Source: Guillardia theta CCMP2712 (lineage: Eukaryota; Protista; Cryptophyta). From it: a stretch of 64,000 nucleotides of DNA. Of the stretch, positions 12,979 to 25,794 are shown one piece after another; position 1 is the stretch's first letter, and each line of letters opens with the position of its first letter. The notes under the pieces were generated by a model. That model was not told where the DNA came from and searched no databases. It was given only the letters and a program-made list of their open reading frames with translations. The DNA is taken from assembly GCF_000315625.1 (NCBI RefSeq), contig NW_005434664.1, positions 957,363-1,021,362 of the forward strand. The letters are read 5' to 3'. The translations under genes were made by a program, and so were the position numbers.

Positions 12979-13815
12979 GGGAAGGACTCTTGCCCACTCC
13001 CAACCCTCTTCCGACCCACCCCTACCCTCTCCATATGAAACTCACCCCATACAATTCCACTACAAATGTGGGAAAAGAAGGGGTACACAAATGTACCCTC
13101 CATGTATGTACTACCACCACTACCCTCCTGCACGTCCCCGATTCAACTAGAACTTCTCAGTCGTTACTAACCGTTACAAATGATTTTGTACGTTACACAA
13201 TTCGTTGTTCCAGAATGAGTGGTCGCATCGGAGAGCAAACGATGGTGGGGGAGGGCAAACAGGAGGGAGGGGGAGAGGACAAACAGGAGGGAGAACGATA
13301 GGGTAACGAGGAGGGGGAACGAGAGGGAAACCAGGAGGGAGGAGGAGAGGGCAAACAGGAGGGGCGAGAGGAAGAAGTAGACCTAACGAAGAGGAGGAGA
13401 GGCCAAGGGCAGGGGTAGAAGACGAGGGCAGAGTAAGGGGGATGAATGGAGAAGTAGTAACACACGTAAGAGGCCGATAAGTTTAGGAAAGAGAATAGAC
13501 TTAGAAAATCATAATTGTGAGGGGTTAGCAATGATACGCAAATGTAAATGTCTTATCTTGCTGCATTCTGCAGTTGGTTCGATAAGGTGGTGACGAAACA
13601 TGGGGTGGAACTTGGCAGTCTTGTTTTGAATGTACTTTCGCCTGCTTCATATCAAAGGTACTCGTGACACGCTCCCTGTTCAAGACGTTGACAGTGCATG
13701 GCAGCTCGTGTATACAGATGAAGAGTCTCTCTGCATTTCAGGTCCGCTCCAAGCCTTGCTGCTAGCTCATGGTGCCTCTAACATCGCATTGGCCGACTGT
13801 CACACGCAGACTCCG

Positions 13816-16800
13816 ATGGGTCTGCGTCAACCGCCAATGCTCTCACGTCCCCTGGCGCATGTTCCTCGTGTGTCACCTCAGAGTCTGTTGCTCCCGCTGA
13901 TGCTGCCGCTGCTAGGGGACGCAACTCTTCTCTCGCTGCGAGGAGGGCATGCGCAGGAGGATGGGAACGAAGTACCCTCTCGCAATGGCGAGGCCTGCCT
14001 GACTTGCATGCAGGTGGTATTCGCTAAGGAGAAGAAGAGCATGCGGGTTGAGCTGTGGGCTGCTCTGTTCGGCATGTCCATCATCAATATCATCGCATGT
14101 GCCTTCGCATGCCACTGCGTCCCACCGTTAGACTTGTGACTGTTTACAGCCACAGAGATGGCCGAGGACACGATGGTGCGAACGATGAAAGCGCTGAAAC
14201 ACCAGGCAGCGATCAGTTGACGCTCTTGCACACCTTGACGCCCTTGCAGGTGATGAAGAAAGATTATGCTGAGGATGTAGAGCGAGGTGAAAGCTCCCAA
14301 TTCCTGCGCCTGCACTTGGCATCAGTGAGTTTGACATGTCCTGATGCCCTCCATGGTCCGTTGACGGGGAGTACTTCAAGGTGGACAAGAATGTGTCGGT
14401 GGATCCGCCGTCCTTTGACCAGGCTGACAACGATCCGATGCTATGGTGAGGGCTGTTAGAGGGGGGGCATGAGCAAGGGGCTTCAGAGCAGTGACTCAGG
14501 TCAGAGTCAGTGGCTAGACGAGATAGCAGCAGAGACATGATACGGCAAGTCGGTCATGTTTGACTGCAGGTATCGAGTTCACTCCATGGGCATCAGCACA
14601 TGGGCGAACAGGGCACTGCTGATGTCACTCCATTCCTTCCTGCAAGAGAAGGGAGGGAGGCTGTACCTGGGGGGTTGTGAGAAAGATTTACAAGTGGTCG
14701 ACTATGGGCTGTGTAGAAAGGTATGCCTCCTCCTCGCCTAGATACCTCGTGCTCCTCCACTTCATCCTCGTGTTGTCCTGCTCGATGTAATCCTCACCCT
14801 CTCAGTTGCTCTCTCACTCCTCCCCGGCAGCATCTTATACTGATTCACTCGGTTCATTTCAGGAACTCGACAAGAGCATTCCTCGTTTGAAGCTAGTCTT
14901 CCCAAACCAGAGGTGAAGGAGAGAACCTGCTGGAACCCAGCTCATCTCCAGCCCGCAGTTACATCGAGCAACCTCTTCAGTTTGAAAACATCTATTTCAA
15001 GCTCGAGAATGTGACGACATGATACCGCCTCCAACTTCATTAGACTGCTCTGACCCTCAAGTTTCCTCCCAGGGCGAGGAGATCCGGGTCGACTTCACAG
15101 CTTCTCAATTCGGTTTCTACGACTACCTTCCTTGTTATCCTCGTCCCACAAGGTCTTCAGCTCCCCCTTGCGACGTCCTTTGTGCCACCCTCACTTCCCA
15201 TGCTGCCAGCGTGAAGCCCATGAGCATGTGGCTTCCAGCGACGCACCCGGTGAACAAGTAGTTGTCCTGCGACCCGTGAGCCTGTTATTTTCACAGACCC
15301 CTGAGTTTGCACACTTCCACATGTACATCATGGATCAAGGAGAACATGTGGAAGAGGTGAAGGAGAAACCTGTGGAGGACTATCACGTCATATAGTGATT
15401 GAGTGTCGCAGGCCTCCAATAGTCGAAACGTGCATCTGAATGATGCGATCACTGGACAGAATGTTTGCATTGCATAACGTGTTCTGCCCTGAAACTTACA
15501 ACACTTTATCCTGGCAGGTGGCTTGCAGTCCTTACAATCCTCCAAGCGTAGGACGAAAACAGTCAAGTAGCACAATGATCTGATCATTTTGAAGGTTTCG
15601 GCTTTCCACAAATCGTCGGAACAAGTGTTTGGTATTTCCTACTTGGACCAACTAGTCTCGGTGCCATGTTGCTGATTGATGTCATCTTGTCAAACTCTTC
15701 TCTTCAAAGAAAGCAGATGAACTTAATCTCACTGCCGACGAGGTTGCAGTGCTGCACTGTTCCTTCATGGGCAGTAAGATACTCCCTTGGATATATCTGC
15801 ATGCTGGTGACTGTCGAACAGGTTTGGAATCCACCCAAAAACATGCCATAGAGACATTTCGAAACGACACTCAGCCTCTTCTGTGGTTTGCATACCAGTG
15901 AGAACAACTAATGCAAAAGTGATCAAAGATTGAATTCGATCGCCAGATATGCAAAAGCGTACATGCACAGCCCTTGGCTCATAGAGGATGGAGAAGATGT
16001 AAGGAAGCAAACTGGGATGAAAACAAGACGCTGATATCTGACTAGTTCCTAATGCTCTCAGGTGAACATCACATACTGGAAAGCAGAGGAAAGGCTGCAA
16101 GGACTTATTCCCCTACACTGGGCTGCGCTACACGGTATGAACAGAGCAACTAATCCTCGCCTTCTCCTTTCTTTTCTCCCCCCCCCCCCCCCCCACCCTT
16201 TCCGTTCCTTTCCCTGTCCTCCCCTTCCCGGCTTTGCCCTTCCATCTTCTTTCCTCTATCCTCTCCTCTTTCCACTCCTTTCCTCGCTTGTTCGACTGAA
16301 AACTCGCAGGTTACGACAGTGAATTGAGAAAGATGTTAAGGGATCTGCGCATGAATTTTTCCGAAGACTCTCGAGGATTGAATGCTCTTCACTGGGCGGC
16401 CCTGAATGGGCACCACAGCACGGTGAGGAGGAGTGGGAATAAGAAACAATCCTGGCATCTTGGATGCTACGGAAAACAGAAAGTGAAGGCAGAAGCAGGG
16501 GGGCAGGGGGAAGGGGAGTAGGAGCAGAAGGAGAGGGAGACTGAAAACTCAAACGAGGTCTCCTCAAATGATTTCTATGGCTGCAGGTGAGGATGCTGGT
16601 GAAGGAATTTAATGTGGACCCCAACTGCCGGGACAAGGATGGCATGCCCCCGCTCCTCGCAGCAGCTGGGAACAACTACGTAGACACCGTCCGCGTCCTG
16701 CTGGAAGAATGCCGGGCGGACGTCAGCCTGGCGGATGAGGACGGTAATGATCGCTGTTTCCCTCATGACTTGCCTGGATGGTGACGGAGGAGGCAGGTCT

Positions 16801-17508
16801 TACTGCTGCTCACTGGGCGGTGAACGTCGGCAACTTCGACCTGCTCCATATGCTCGTGAAGAAGCACGGAGCAGACGTAAACGCGATTGACAAGGAAGGG
16901 CAGACTCCGCTACATCTCGCAGCATCTCTAGGGAGTCCTCAGATGGTGTATCAGATCATCACTGAGCTCAACGCGAGCCTCCTCGTCCTTGACATCGCTG
17001 ACTACAACGCCTCCGACATCGCCTTCATGAACGGCAACCCGGACACGCAAGACGTGATCCTTGAGCTGGCTCAGTTGGGTCCCAAGGGGGCTGAGACAAG
17101 CTTCGAGGAGGTGATGAAGAGGATCCGAGCTCGACGACAAGAGAACAAGATCCATGAGCATCAAACTGATCGAGGGAAAGAACCCCAAAGTCCTCCTCCA
17201 AAGACTAGAACCGAGTCCTCAGGCAAGAAAGGTTGCGAGGAGGAGGCTTGCCTTGTGGTAGAGCATGAACGTCTCTCAGGCTCTCAACAGCATCGATCTT
17301 CTAGCAGCAGAGGGACCCGGTTCCCCAAGATCTATGGGCGATCCAAGGATGCGGTACTGGACCAGGACTGGTTATTATGTCGGAGCTGATAAGCTGCTGC
17401 CGCCGGCAGGTTCGGATGCAGCTGCAGCAGGAGCTGGCGCGAAGACGAGAGGTCAAGGCACAACAAGAGGCTCTTGAGAGGTCTCAGAAGGGGAGCAGAG
17501 GAACGTGA
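13816..17508 (+). CDS. Ankyrin-repeat protein with a long uncharacterised N-terminal region and predicted signal peptide + LRGG motif, multi-exon
   Basis: About five ankyrin repeats in 16062-17070 (GLIPLHWAALHG, GLNALHWAALNG, GMPPLLAAA, GLTAAHWA, GQTPLHLAA). A chain of short GT-AG exons from 13816 (SLLLPLMLPLLGDATLLSLRGG) appears to run into them. Last exon VRMQLQQELARR..GT* ends 17508. Ankyrin part is solid; joining of the N-terminal exons is less certain. Confidence 0.72.
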
Positions 17509-17615
17509 GGTGCTGTAGTCGTTTGACGACGAAAGAAGTTCGGTCTACTCACAGTGGCCGCGACTCCACTAGCTCAATCATGTCAGAGCCCTAGCACAGC
17601 TAGCTCAACTGATCT

Positions 17616-17677
17616 TCGCTACCATTTCGTGTCACAACCCGTAAAGCTTGGGGGTGTGACACGAAATGTGGTAGCGA
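17616..17677. repeat. Long inverted repeat / hairpin
   Basis: TCGCTACCA-TTTCGTGTCACA ... TGTGACACGAAA-(TG)-TGGTAGCGA, about 21 bp stem with a 2-nt bulge. Loop and right-arm words CCCGTAAAGCTT..GGGGTGTGAC recur at 18248-18290. Confidence 0.85.
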
Positions 17678-19082
17678 CAGTATTGGTGTTGTAGTGAGTT
17701 TTTGTACTGTGTGTTGTCTTCCCTCTCTCTCCACTGTTCTAGAAGAGCCCTGCGGGACCCCGACAACACTGGCATGGCTGCCTGGAGGCAGTCCGATCGT
17801 TCAAGACACAACGAGGAAATCATGGAAGACAGTCTTTCAGGATGTCCATGACATAGCGCATGACCCGGTATTCCCCCAGCATTTAAGTGCCCTCCATCAA
17901 GACGGTTCGATCCGAAGTTATACACGCCGTGCCATCATGAAGGGGGCAGCGTTCCACGTGCGGTCCCCTCCGAGCGGAGCACTGATGCACCAACAGGATG
18001 CCGCACACTTTCACATTTGCCCGCGACGATCTCGCCCCCAAGATTGAAGCGGCGGAGGTCTAGCAGAGACTTGTGAGGCAATAATTGAATACTGTGGAAC
18101 GTCATGATGCCCAGTCACGTCACTTCCTGAAACTTCGGCAGTGAACGTGTGATCCCGGGTCCCGGGGTCCAGAGGCTGAGCGGGCCCGGGGGGTGCTTTG
18201 AGCATGCAGTGAGTCATCGAGTCACGAGTCGCTGTAGACGTCCGCAGCCCGTAAAGCTTTCCGAGCGGCGGGGAGTTCGGGGTGTGACGAATAAGTCAAC
18301 TTTTGAGATTCCCCCCCCGGGGCTCCCGGTGGGCGGCCGGACCGTACCGTAGTGTCGGGTCTTCAAGGTGACCGTCCTTTTACTCAATGTTAAGTTAAAA
18401 TGAGAGCGAGGACCGTAGTTTTAGTCAACGGAAAACCCTACTGTCACTGTGGAGTGACTTATTGGTACTAGTCTTTTTTACTCAAAAGTAAGGTGGTGCT
18501 GGGCGCAAGCGCTGAACTTCTCAGGGGGCCAGAAAGGAACTTTACAGGTTCCGAATCACTCGGAAAGTTCCTATGGGGGTAAAAGCGCAGGGGACGATTT
18601 ATTAGGGGAAAAAGGGCCAGGTGGACGGGGGGTGGGGGTTTTATGACCAATAAGATACCGGCCAGCCAAGAGTCGGATGAGGGGGTCCTGTGACTCGGCA
18701 AGAGGGGTGGGGTGATGGGAACTGGAAAGAAAACTTTGGGGTGGGGTGAAGGGGCTGCGCTGGCGGACCTACTGGCGAGGACTAGCTTACCACCGTGGTT
18801 TCCATGCTGGAAAGAAGGGGTGGTAAGTGGTCGATGCTCGTATTTCTACAATAATAAGAGAGCTAAAGAGCTTCATTCCCCTGCCATGAGCGCGCAGGCC
18901 GATGGAGGGATGTTGGACAACTGAGGAAGGTGGATGAAGGTACCAAGAATGAGAACGATACAGTTCCTCCGAACAAGATACCTGACAACACTGATTGCAT
19001 ACAATCAGACAAGAGGCAGTTTGTTGAGCTAAGACGACTCAGTCATCACAAACAATCCCTTGCGTTGAGGAGAGAACAAATT

Positions 19083-20512
19083 ATGCAACCTGACGTCCTC
19101 GACGACCATCAGTCAAATCCGATTCCAACCAACAGATCATCTCTCATGAGCTCCTCTATCTCCTCAATGCCTGATATCCTCCACAGCCTAACTCCGTCTC
19201 AGACTTCGGACTCCTTCCTCTTCGATCCTTCGGCTCCCCGTAACGTGTCCTACCGGGCATGTGCACAAAACCTCTCTCCACCAGACCCGGCGTGGGCGCC
19301 CCCCTGTCCAAGCCCTTGGCAGTCAGACCTCTGGACGATACCCTTCCCCTCGACCAGCGCTGCCCTCCAAGCCTCCCTTCCAAACGCGCTGGAACCGAGC
19401 GAGCTATCATACGGGCAGTGCATCCTACAGAACCTCGCGAGCTCTCTCCCCGCCACCTACGCGGACATCGCGCGATGTTGGGACCGTCTGCCCGCTGCTG
19501 CTGCTGCTGCTGCTGCAAGCATGGAAGAGGACCAGAGCAGCATACGCCAGGTATCAGGCACTTCTGACGTCAGAGTCACACTTGCTTGGACTGCAACGGA
19601 CACCTCCTGCTTCTCCGCAGACGTCAAGCCCACTCCCGATCATTCCAGCCTGAGTGTGGCGGAGGGGCCGGGCCTTGAGGAGAACGAGGACGCGCCGGCG
19701 ATGCTGGACCATGGGCTCATCGACCGATGGAGGGAGACAATCAAACAAGTTGGCGAGGAGAAGGATGGCAGTGAGGGCGTCGTGATCGTCTTGGCGCGGA
19801 AGGGGAGGTCAGAAGCAGCAGCGAGGAAGCGAGTGGAGGTGACGTACGAGATGCTGGCGAGTCATTTCAACAAGAGTCTGGTAGAGACGTCGAGAAAGAT
19901 CGTAAGCTTGTTGCTGATGTGCTCGAGTCTGGTACTGACAGGAGGACGACGATGCTTGCAGGGGATCGGCAAGTCTACTATGAAGATAGTGTGCAGGAGG
20001 CTGGGGATCCACAAGTGGCCGTACAAGCACACGGGGAAGAGGCGCAGGCGAAGTCAGATGACAGAAGAGCCGGTGAGTGGCCTCTGGGGGGGGGGGGGGG
20101 ACGGCAAGGACTTGGCCAACTGACCAAATGTTTGGCCTGCTTGTCGGAAGGCAGGGAGCTAGAGGGTAGGGAGCTAGAGGGTAGGGAGCTAGAGGGAAAC
20201 TTGTTATGTTGTTTCTTTGTCATAACGATGATGCACGTTGCTGCTCGATTCGGTGAGCCTTGTTTCGTTGGTCGTCGAGTCTTTGATTTGATGCGCTAAA
20301 TCCTAGAATGTCGTTCTCTCCTTCGAGTGACTGAGACGTACCTGCAGATGCCCTTCGACCTGTCCGACATTGAGTCGCAAGAGGAGGAGCAACGCGACGA
20401 GGATGGAGGCAGAGGAACTCAACTTGATCGCGTTGCTGAGGAAGACCAAGGGAATGCAAGCAGTTATGCTCGGAGAGACAGTAGCCGGATGACCGACACA
20501 TCAAAGTCCTAA
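19083..20512 (+). CDS. RWP-RK domain transcription factor
   Basis: VTYEMLASHFNKSLVETSRKI-(intron ~19902-19961)-GIGKSTMKIVCRRLGIHKWPYK followed by a basic KRRRR. Low-complexity S/P-rich N-terminus. A likely final exon from ~20348 (MPFDLSDIESQ..KS*) joins in phase 0 after CCG|gtgag at ~20073. Confidence 0.88.
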
Positions 20513-20878
20513 AAACTAAAGTAAGTGTGTAAATTTATGCGTGAATTAAGGCAGGTTCCATCATCTCCACGCTTGTTTGCTTTCCCGTTTCTTCTCGTAT
20601 TCGACACTTTTCTTCCTTGTTCTCCTCCTTCTTTTCCTTTTTCTCATCCTTTACGTTGCCTTCTCTAGTGTGCCGAGCCAGAACCACTCCCTCATCCTCC
20701 TTCACTTCTCCTAAATTTTTACCTCTTTTCCTCTAACCTTTTGCTATGACATTTCTCGTCGCAACTTCAACATTTTCATGCTCAATCTCCCTCCTTCCGT
20801 TCCTTCTTACAACATCCAGCGACTCTACCTTCTGATCTCCCTCCCTCCCTCCCTCCCTCCCTCCCTCCCTCCCTCCTA

Positions 20879-21074
<196 letters not shown>

Positions 21075-21947
21075 ACCTTCTGATCTCTCTCACCTGTCGT
21101 CCGACTTTCTGTGCCCAAGTGGCTTCAACGAGCAACAACACAATGTCTGGTTAGAGCGGCGGAAGGAGGACGCGGGGGCGGNNNNNNNNNNNNNNNNNNN
21201 NNNNNNNNNNNNNNNNNNNNNNNNNNNNNNNNNNNNNNNNNNNNNNNNNNNNNNNNNNNNNNNNNNNNNNNNNNNNNNNNNNNNNNNNNNNNNNNNNNNN
21301 NNNNNNNNNNNNNNNNNNNNNNNNNNNNNNNNNNNNNNNNNNNNNNNNNNNNNNNNNNNNNNNNNNNNNNNNNNNNNNNNNNNNNNNNNNNNNNNNNNNN
21401 NNNNNNNNNNNNNNNNNNNNNNNNNNNNNNNNNNNNNNNNNNNNNNNNNNNNNNNNNNNNNNNNNNNNNNNNNNNNNNNNNNNNNNNNNNNNNNNNNNNN
21501 NNNNNNNNNNNNNNNNNNNNNNNNNNNNNNNNNNNNNNNNNNNNNNNNNNNNNNNNNNNNNNNNNNNNNNNNNNNNGGAGGAGGAGGAGGTGGTGGTGGT
21601 GGATGCGTGGGCAGAACTGGAACTGAAGGATGTATAGGAGCTGGGTCGCATTAAATCAGTCAAGATCTGATGTTGGGGAAGAGTTTGTCAGGAATTTGTG
21701 CAAAAAGGAGCGAAGAAATCAACAACATTCGCGTCGACGTGCAGATGGTGGAGGACCTACTAGCCGGGGACAAAGGAGGAGGAGGTGCAGGAGGAGGAGG
21801 AAGAGGCATAAGAAGGAGCAGCGACAAGGAAAACGAAGTCGAGGAGAAGACCAGGAGAAGCTTGTGACGAGAAGACAAGGAGGAACACAACATGAGAGAG
21901 AACGACATTCTGCTCAAACAAGCTTCAAGCATCGATGGTTCTCCCTA

Positions 21948-22430
21948 CCAGACCCAGTGCCCCCCTCTGCGAGCCCTGCGATCCCCTTCCCCTCGACCAG
22001 CACTGTCCTCCAAGCCTGCCTCTGCTCCCCGCAGGTCATTCCAGCTCTTCCTCTCAGCCTGACCCGCTCGAGCACGAGGGAAGCTGCGAGGTGGAGGACC
22101 GTCGTCGGGGTGGCCTAGAGTGGAGAGAGCAGTGGAGGGAGGGGAGGAGGAGGTCTGCGGCAGCTTCGGCCCTGACGGTCTCTCGTGCCCGACTCTCACG
22201 CCGGACCCTCCCTGCGCACGGGACGCCCTCCCTCACCCCCCTCCGCGGGCTCCTCCCGCGCGACGCTGGGGCCGAGCGAGCTATCATACGGGCAGTGCAT
22301 CCTACAGAACCTCGCAAGCTCTCTCCCCGCCACCTACGCAGACATCGCGCGATGTTGGGACCGTCTGCCCGCTGCTGCTGCTGCTGCTGCACCAGGCACT
22401 TCTGACGTCAGAGACACACTTGCTTGGGCT
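21948..22430 (+). pseudogene. Partial duplicate of the N-terminal part of the RWP-RK gene, lacking the DNA-binding domain
   Basis: 22272-22390 is nearly identical to 19395-19513 (SELSYGQCILQNLASSLPATYADIARCWDRLPAAAA). 21948-22022 resembles 19281-19380, and 22393-22430 resembles 19554-19592. No RWP-RK motif follows. Confidence 0.8.
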
Positions 22431-24384
22431 TCGATCGCCGCCGTCTTCGGAAAGGCACTCATCATCGAAGGTGGACTGATGGTCCTCGGACAGGGACAAT
22501 AGAGTCAAGCCTTGCTGGTCGAGGAGGCCCACTGAGGCATCGGACAGCCAGGAGTTCGGAGAGAGCGTCATGCCCGGCCAAGGCGCATGATGGCACGAGC
22601 ATGCGACGCTCAGATCTGAGTCAACCGTAAAACTGACGGACTCTTGCAGTTGCTGCAATGATGGGCCATCTAATTCAAGCCCATGATGATCGAATGTCGG
22701 GTTAGATCTGAGACCATCTGGCGTAGTGGCTGATCGCTCCACAAGCTGACTGTTCACGGTTCTAGTACATCATGACTAGTCAATGATTCTCTGTGAGCCT
22801 GGACTCCCAACCCTTGAACGTTCCCAAAGGCCGACTGAAGTACGGTCCGGTCACTCCGAGCTCTGCTCAGCGGCCGGATGAGTCCGTCTGTGCCCTCTCA
22901 CTGACTGTTTCGCCCCCCATCGGATCGCCAGAGCCGCCGCTAAGAACAGTGAGTCACTCTGAGCGGCTCAGTAGTACTAGGCTAAGGCGGGCCTGGGCGG
23001 ATCTCAGGCAGGCTGCCACGGACGGTGACTGCCACCGGCCCGCGGGCTCCTGCCGCAGTGCCGCAGTGCGTGCCGCTGTACGGTCACCGCGGGGCGGCGG
23101 CCCGGACGGCGGGCGGCCCTCGCCGGCCGTTGGAGGTCCGTGCGTACGGTCCGTAAGTCTGCCGCGCACCCTGCCCCCCCCCCCTGACGAGATACAGATG
23201 TTGAAGCTCGTTTACTTCAAGCGATCAACACCTGATTCGTTCTCCCATGCTTCCTCCCACCTGCAATTCACGCGGCCCTCTCCGCACCTAACTCCCTTCA
23301 AAGGCTTTCTGACTCGAATAGCGGTGCCCTTCGGGGCCCTGTTCTGGCAGTGGTCCTAAGAACAAACTACCGGGCCGACGGTACTCTGCACCTTCTTATC
23401 CGTGATATGGTTCCTCGACCCGAGTCCGACAGACCCCGGCCCGGGCTCCGAGCGGCTTGCAGTCACAATGGCACTGCGGCAGAGTCTTCCGGGACTCCAC
23501 GGTCTCCCAGTGACCGTACCGTACACTGAGTCCGATTCGTGACTGCCACCGTGCCACGGTCCATGACCGTCGCCCGTGATCGGACCAGGGCCGGCCCGGG
23601 GTGGGCCACCCCGCCAGGTAAGCCGCTGACTCGGCCCGGCCCGCTTATGCCTGAGAGTCGCCTCAGAGTCACGGCGGGGGCCCGGCGGGCTGTCTCCCGG
23701 GAGTCCCGGCCCGGGCCATGAATCCTAGCCTGGCTCCTCCGAGTCAGCAGTGCAGTGCGGCGCCACGGTGCCCCGGCTATCGCGGGCTTCCTGCTGAGTC
23801 CGGCGGCCCTCCTACCGTACGTCTGACCTTAGCAAGACGGCGGCTAGGAAGCGGCCTCCGACTCTTCGTCTCTGCACTACATGCCGACAGGCTTGAACAC
23901 GTAAGTCGTCTTCAAAGGCTTGGTTTACAGGAGAGTTTTTGTTAACTCGGCGCTATCTGACTGGCACGGCTGGCATACGATCCATCTACGTCACGTGGAG
24001 TCCTTGATCGAGTCATCACACTGTGACAGGCGCAGTGTTGCTGCCCGGGCACGGTCGGACGGTCCCCAAGAATACAGGCCGGGCTTTCCGGGGAGTCCAG
24101 CATCTGTGCATCATCCCGAGTCGAGCCACATCAACTGAGCTTGACATAGCCTGAGGTGAGTCCGACTCAGTAGTCCGACTCATGGTACGCCGGGTCATCA
24201 ACACGGCCCCACGGTCTGACGGGCGGGCCGGGCCATGATCCGTCCCGAGTCCGCCGGGAGTAGGATACGCCGGTCACTGTGGCAACGGCCCCTGCGACGG
24301 TTATAGCAGGTCAAAATCCGAGTGGCAACGGAAACCGTGAACACACTGACTAGAGTGCATTGAGCGGGGACGTTATATCGGAAA

Positions 24385-25794
24385 ATGGTGAGGCTCGATC
24401 AAAGAGGAAGAGGAAGAGGAAGAGGAAGAGGAAGAGTAAGAGTAAGAGTAAGAGTAAGAGTAAGAGTAAGAGAACGTGAGGTTCTGACTCAGTGATGCTG
24501 ATGCTGAGGAGAAGACACTTGAAAAGGTTTTGCACCTCTGCGCCCTCTCTTCCTGTGCGTCATGTGAACGTTTTTCTTTCCTTTCTCTTCCACCACAATC
24601 ATGATTTCCATGAATTGCTTGCTAAGCCATTTCCTTATGCCCGGTTCAACATGGAAGTAGATTGCCGTCACCTAGAATGTTACTAGGCAGAGTTGGACTC
24701 GCAGACCTTTGTTTTCGTTGAATGCTCACGACAATTTGTGCAGACTTCGATCAAGGACGCAATCAAGAACTTTGTAAGATCGATCTCAACGCACTTCTCA
24801 TATCATCGCTGTTGACGAGCTGCAAACGCCACAGGAAACAAAGAGCGGCACCCCCGAAGAACCTTGTGTGGCGGCAGAGCAGGAGAAAGTCCTCCTCTTC
24901 GGGCAGATGCCTCCCATCGTCAAGATGGACAACACCCTGTTGTCACTGACAACTTCTTCCTGCTCGGTTGACTCGTTGTGGTCAGATCGACCTTGAAGGC
25001 ATGCAAGCATCTTGCCCTGTCTTCCAACTGCATCGAGAAGATAACGGGCATCAAGGGATGCGGTAGGACTACAAGCTGATTGCCCAAAGTCGTTGGGAGG
25101 GATTGATGGATTCACAGAGTCACTAGAGGTTCTTTCTCTCGGTAGGAACCAGATCAAGAAGCTCGATGGGGTGGAGGACGTCTCGGAGACTCTGCAAGAG
25201 TTGTGGATCTCGTACAACCTGCTCACGTCGTTGCGAGGAGTCGAGAAGCTCTCAAAGCTTCGGTAGACTGAAACTCACCAGTGCCAGGCTGTTTACTCTT
25301 GACCTGCGCTTCAGGGTCTTGTACGTTGCAAACAACCTTGTAGCCAAGCTTCCTGAGCTTGATGTCCTCAAGGAATGCAAGTTGCTTGAGGTTTCTCCAG
25401 CTTTGATTTGCTTGTGGGAGTCTCAAGCGTAATTGAAGGAGCTTCTGTTGGTTGGAAATCCTATCTGGGATGAACTGTCCAAGCCTGGAGGACCAGAAGA
25501 CTTTAGAGAGCAGATCGCTGGGCGGGTATGCCGAGAGGGAGGAGGAGGAGGAGGAGGAGGAGGAGGAGGAGGAGGAGGAAAAGGTTGAGGGAGGGGAGGG
25601 GGGAGATGGAGAGGTGGGGATGGAGGTCAAGTAAGTGTTGGTGTAGTGGAGGAGGGTCAGGAGTAGAGAGGAAGGCAGGGGAGAGGAAGAATCGTATCTT
25701 ACAGTACAACGAGCAGGTTCCTTGGCTGAAGAAGCTTGATGGCTCTCCCTTGACTGAAGAAGAGAAGACGGCAGGAGCTGAAAAAGTTCCATAA
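24385..25794 (+). CDS. DNAL1: Axonemal outer-arm dynein light chain 1 (LRR protein, LC1)
   Basis: Spliced [51 protein letters not shown]..-LEVLSLGRNQIKKLDGVEDVSETLQELWISYN..-VLYVANN..-LLLVGNP..VPWLKKLDG closely matches LC1/DNAL1. The ATG at 24385 (ATG|gtgag) is a guess. Confidence 0.93.

Noticed and set aside
17560-17615. TAGCTCAA..AGAGC resembling a tRNA D-arm/A-box
   Set aside because: No T-loop (GTTCRA) at the right distance and no acceptor stem, so not a tRNA.
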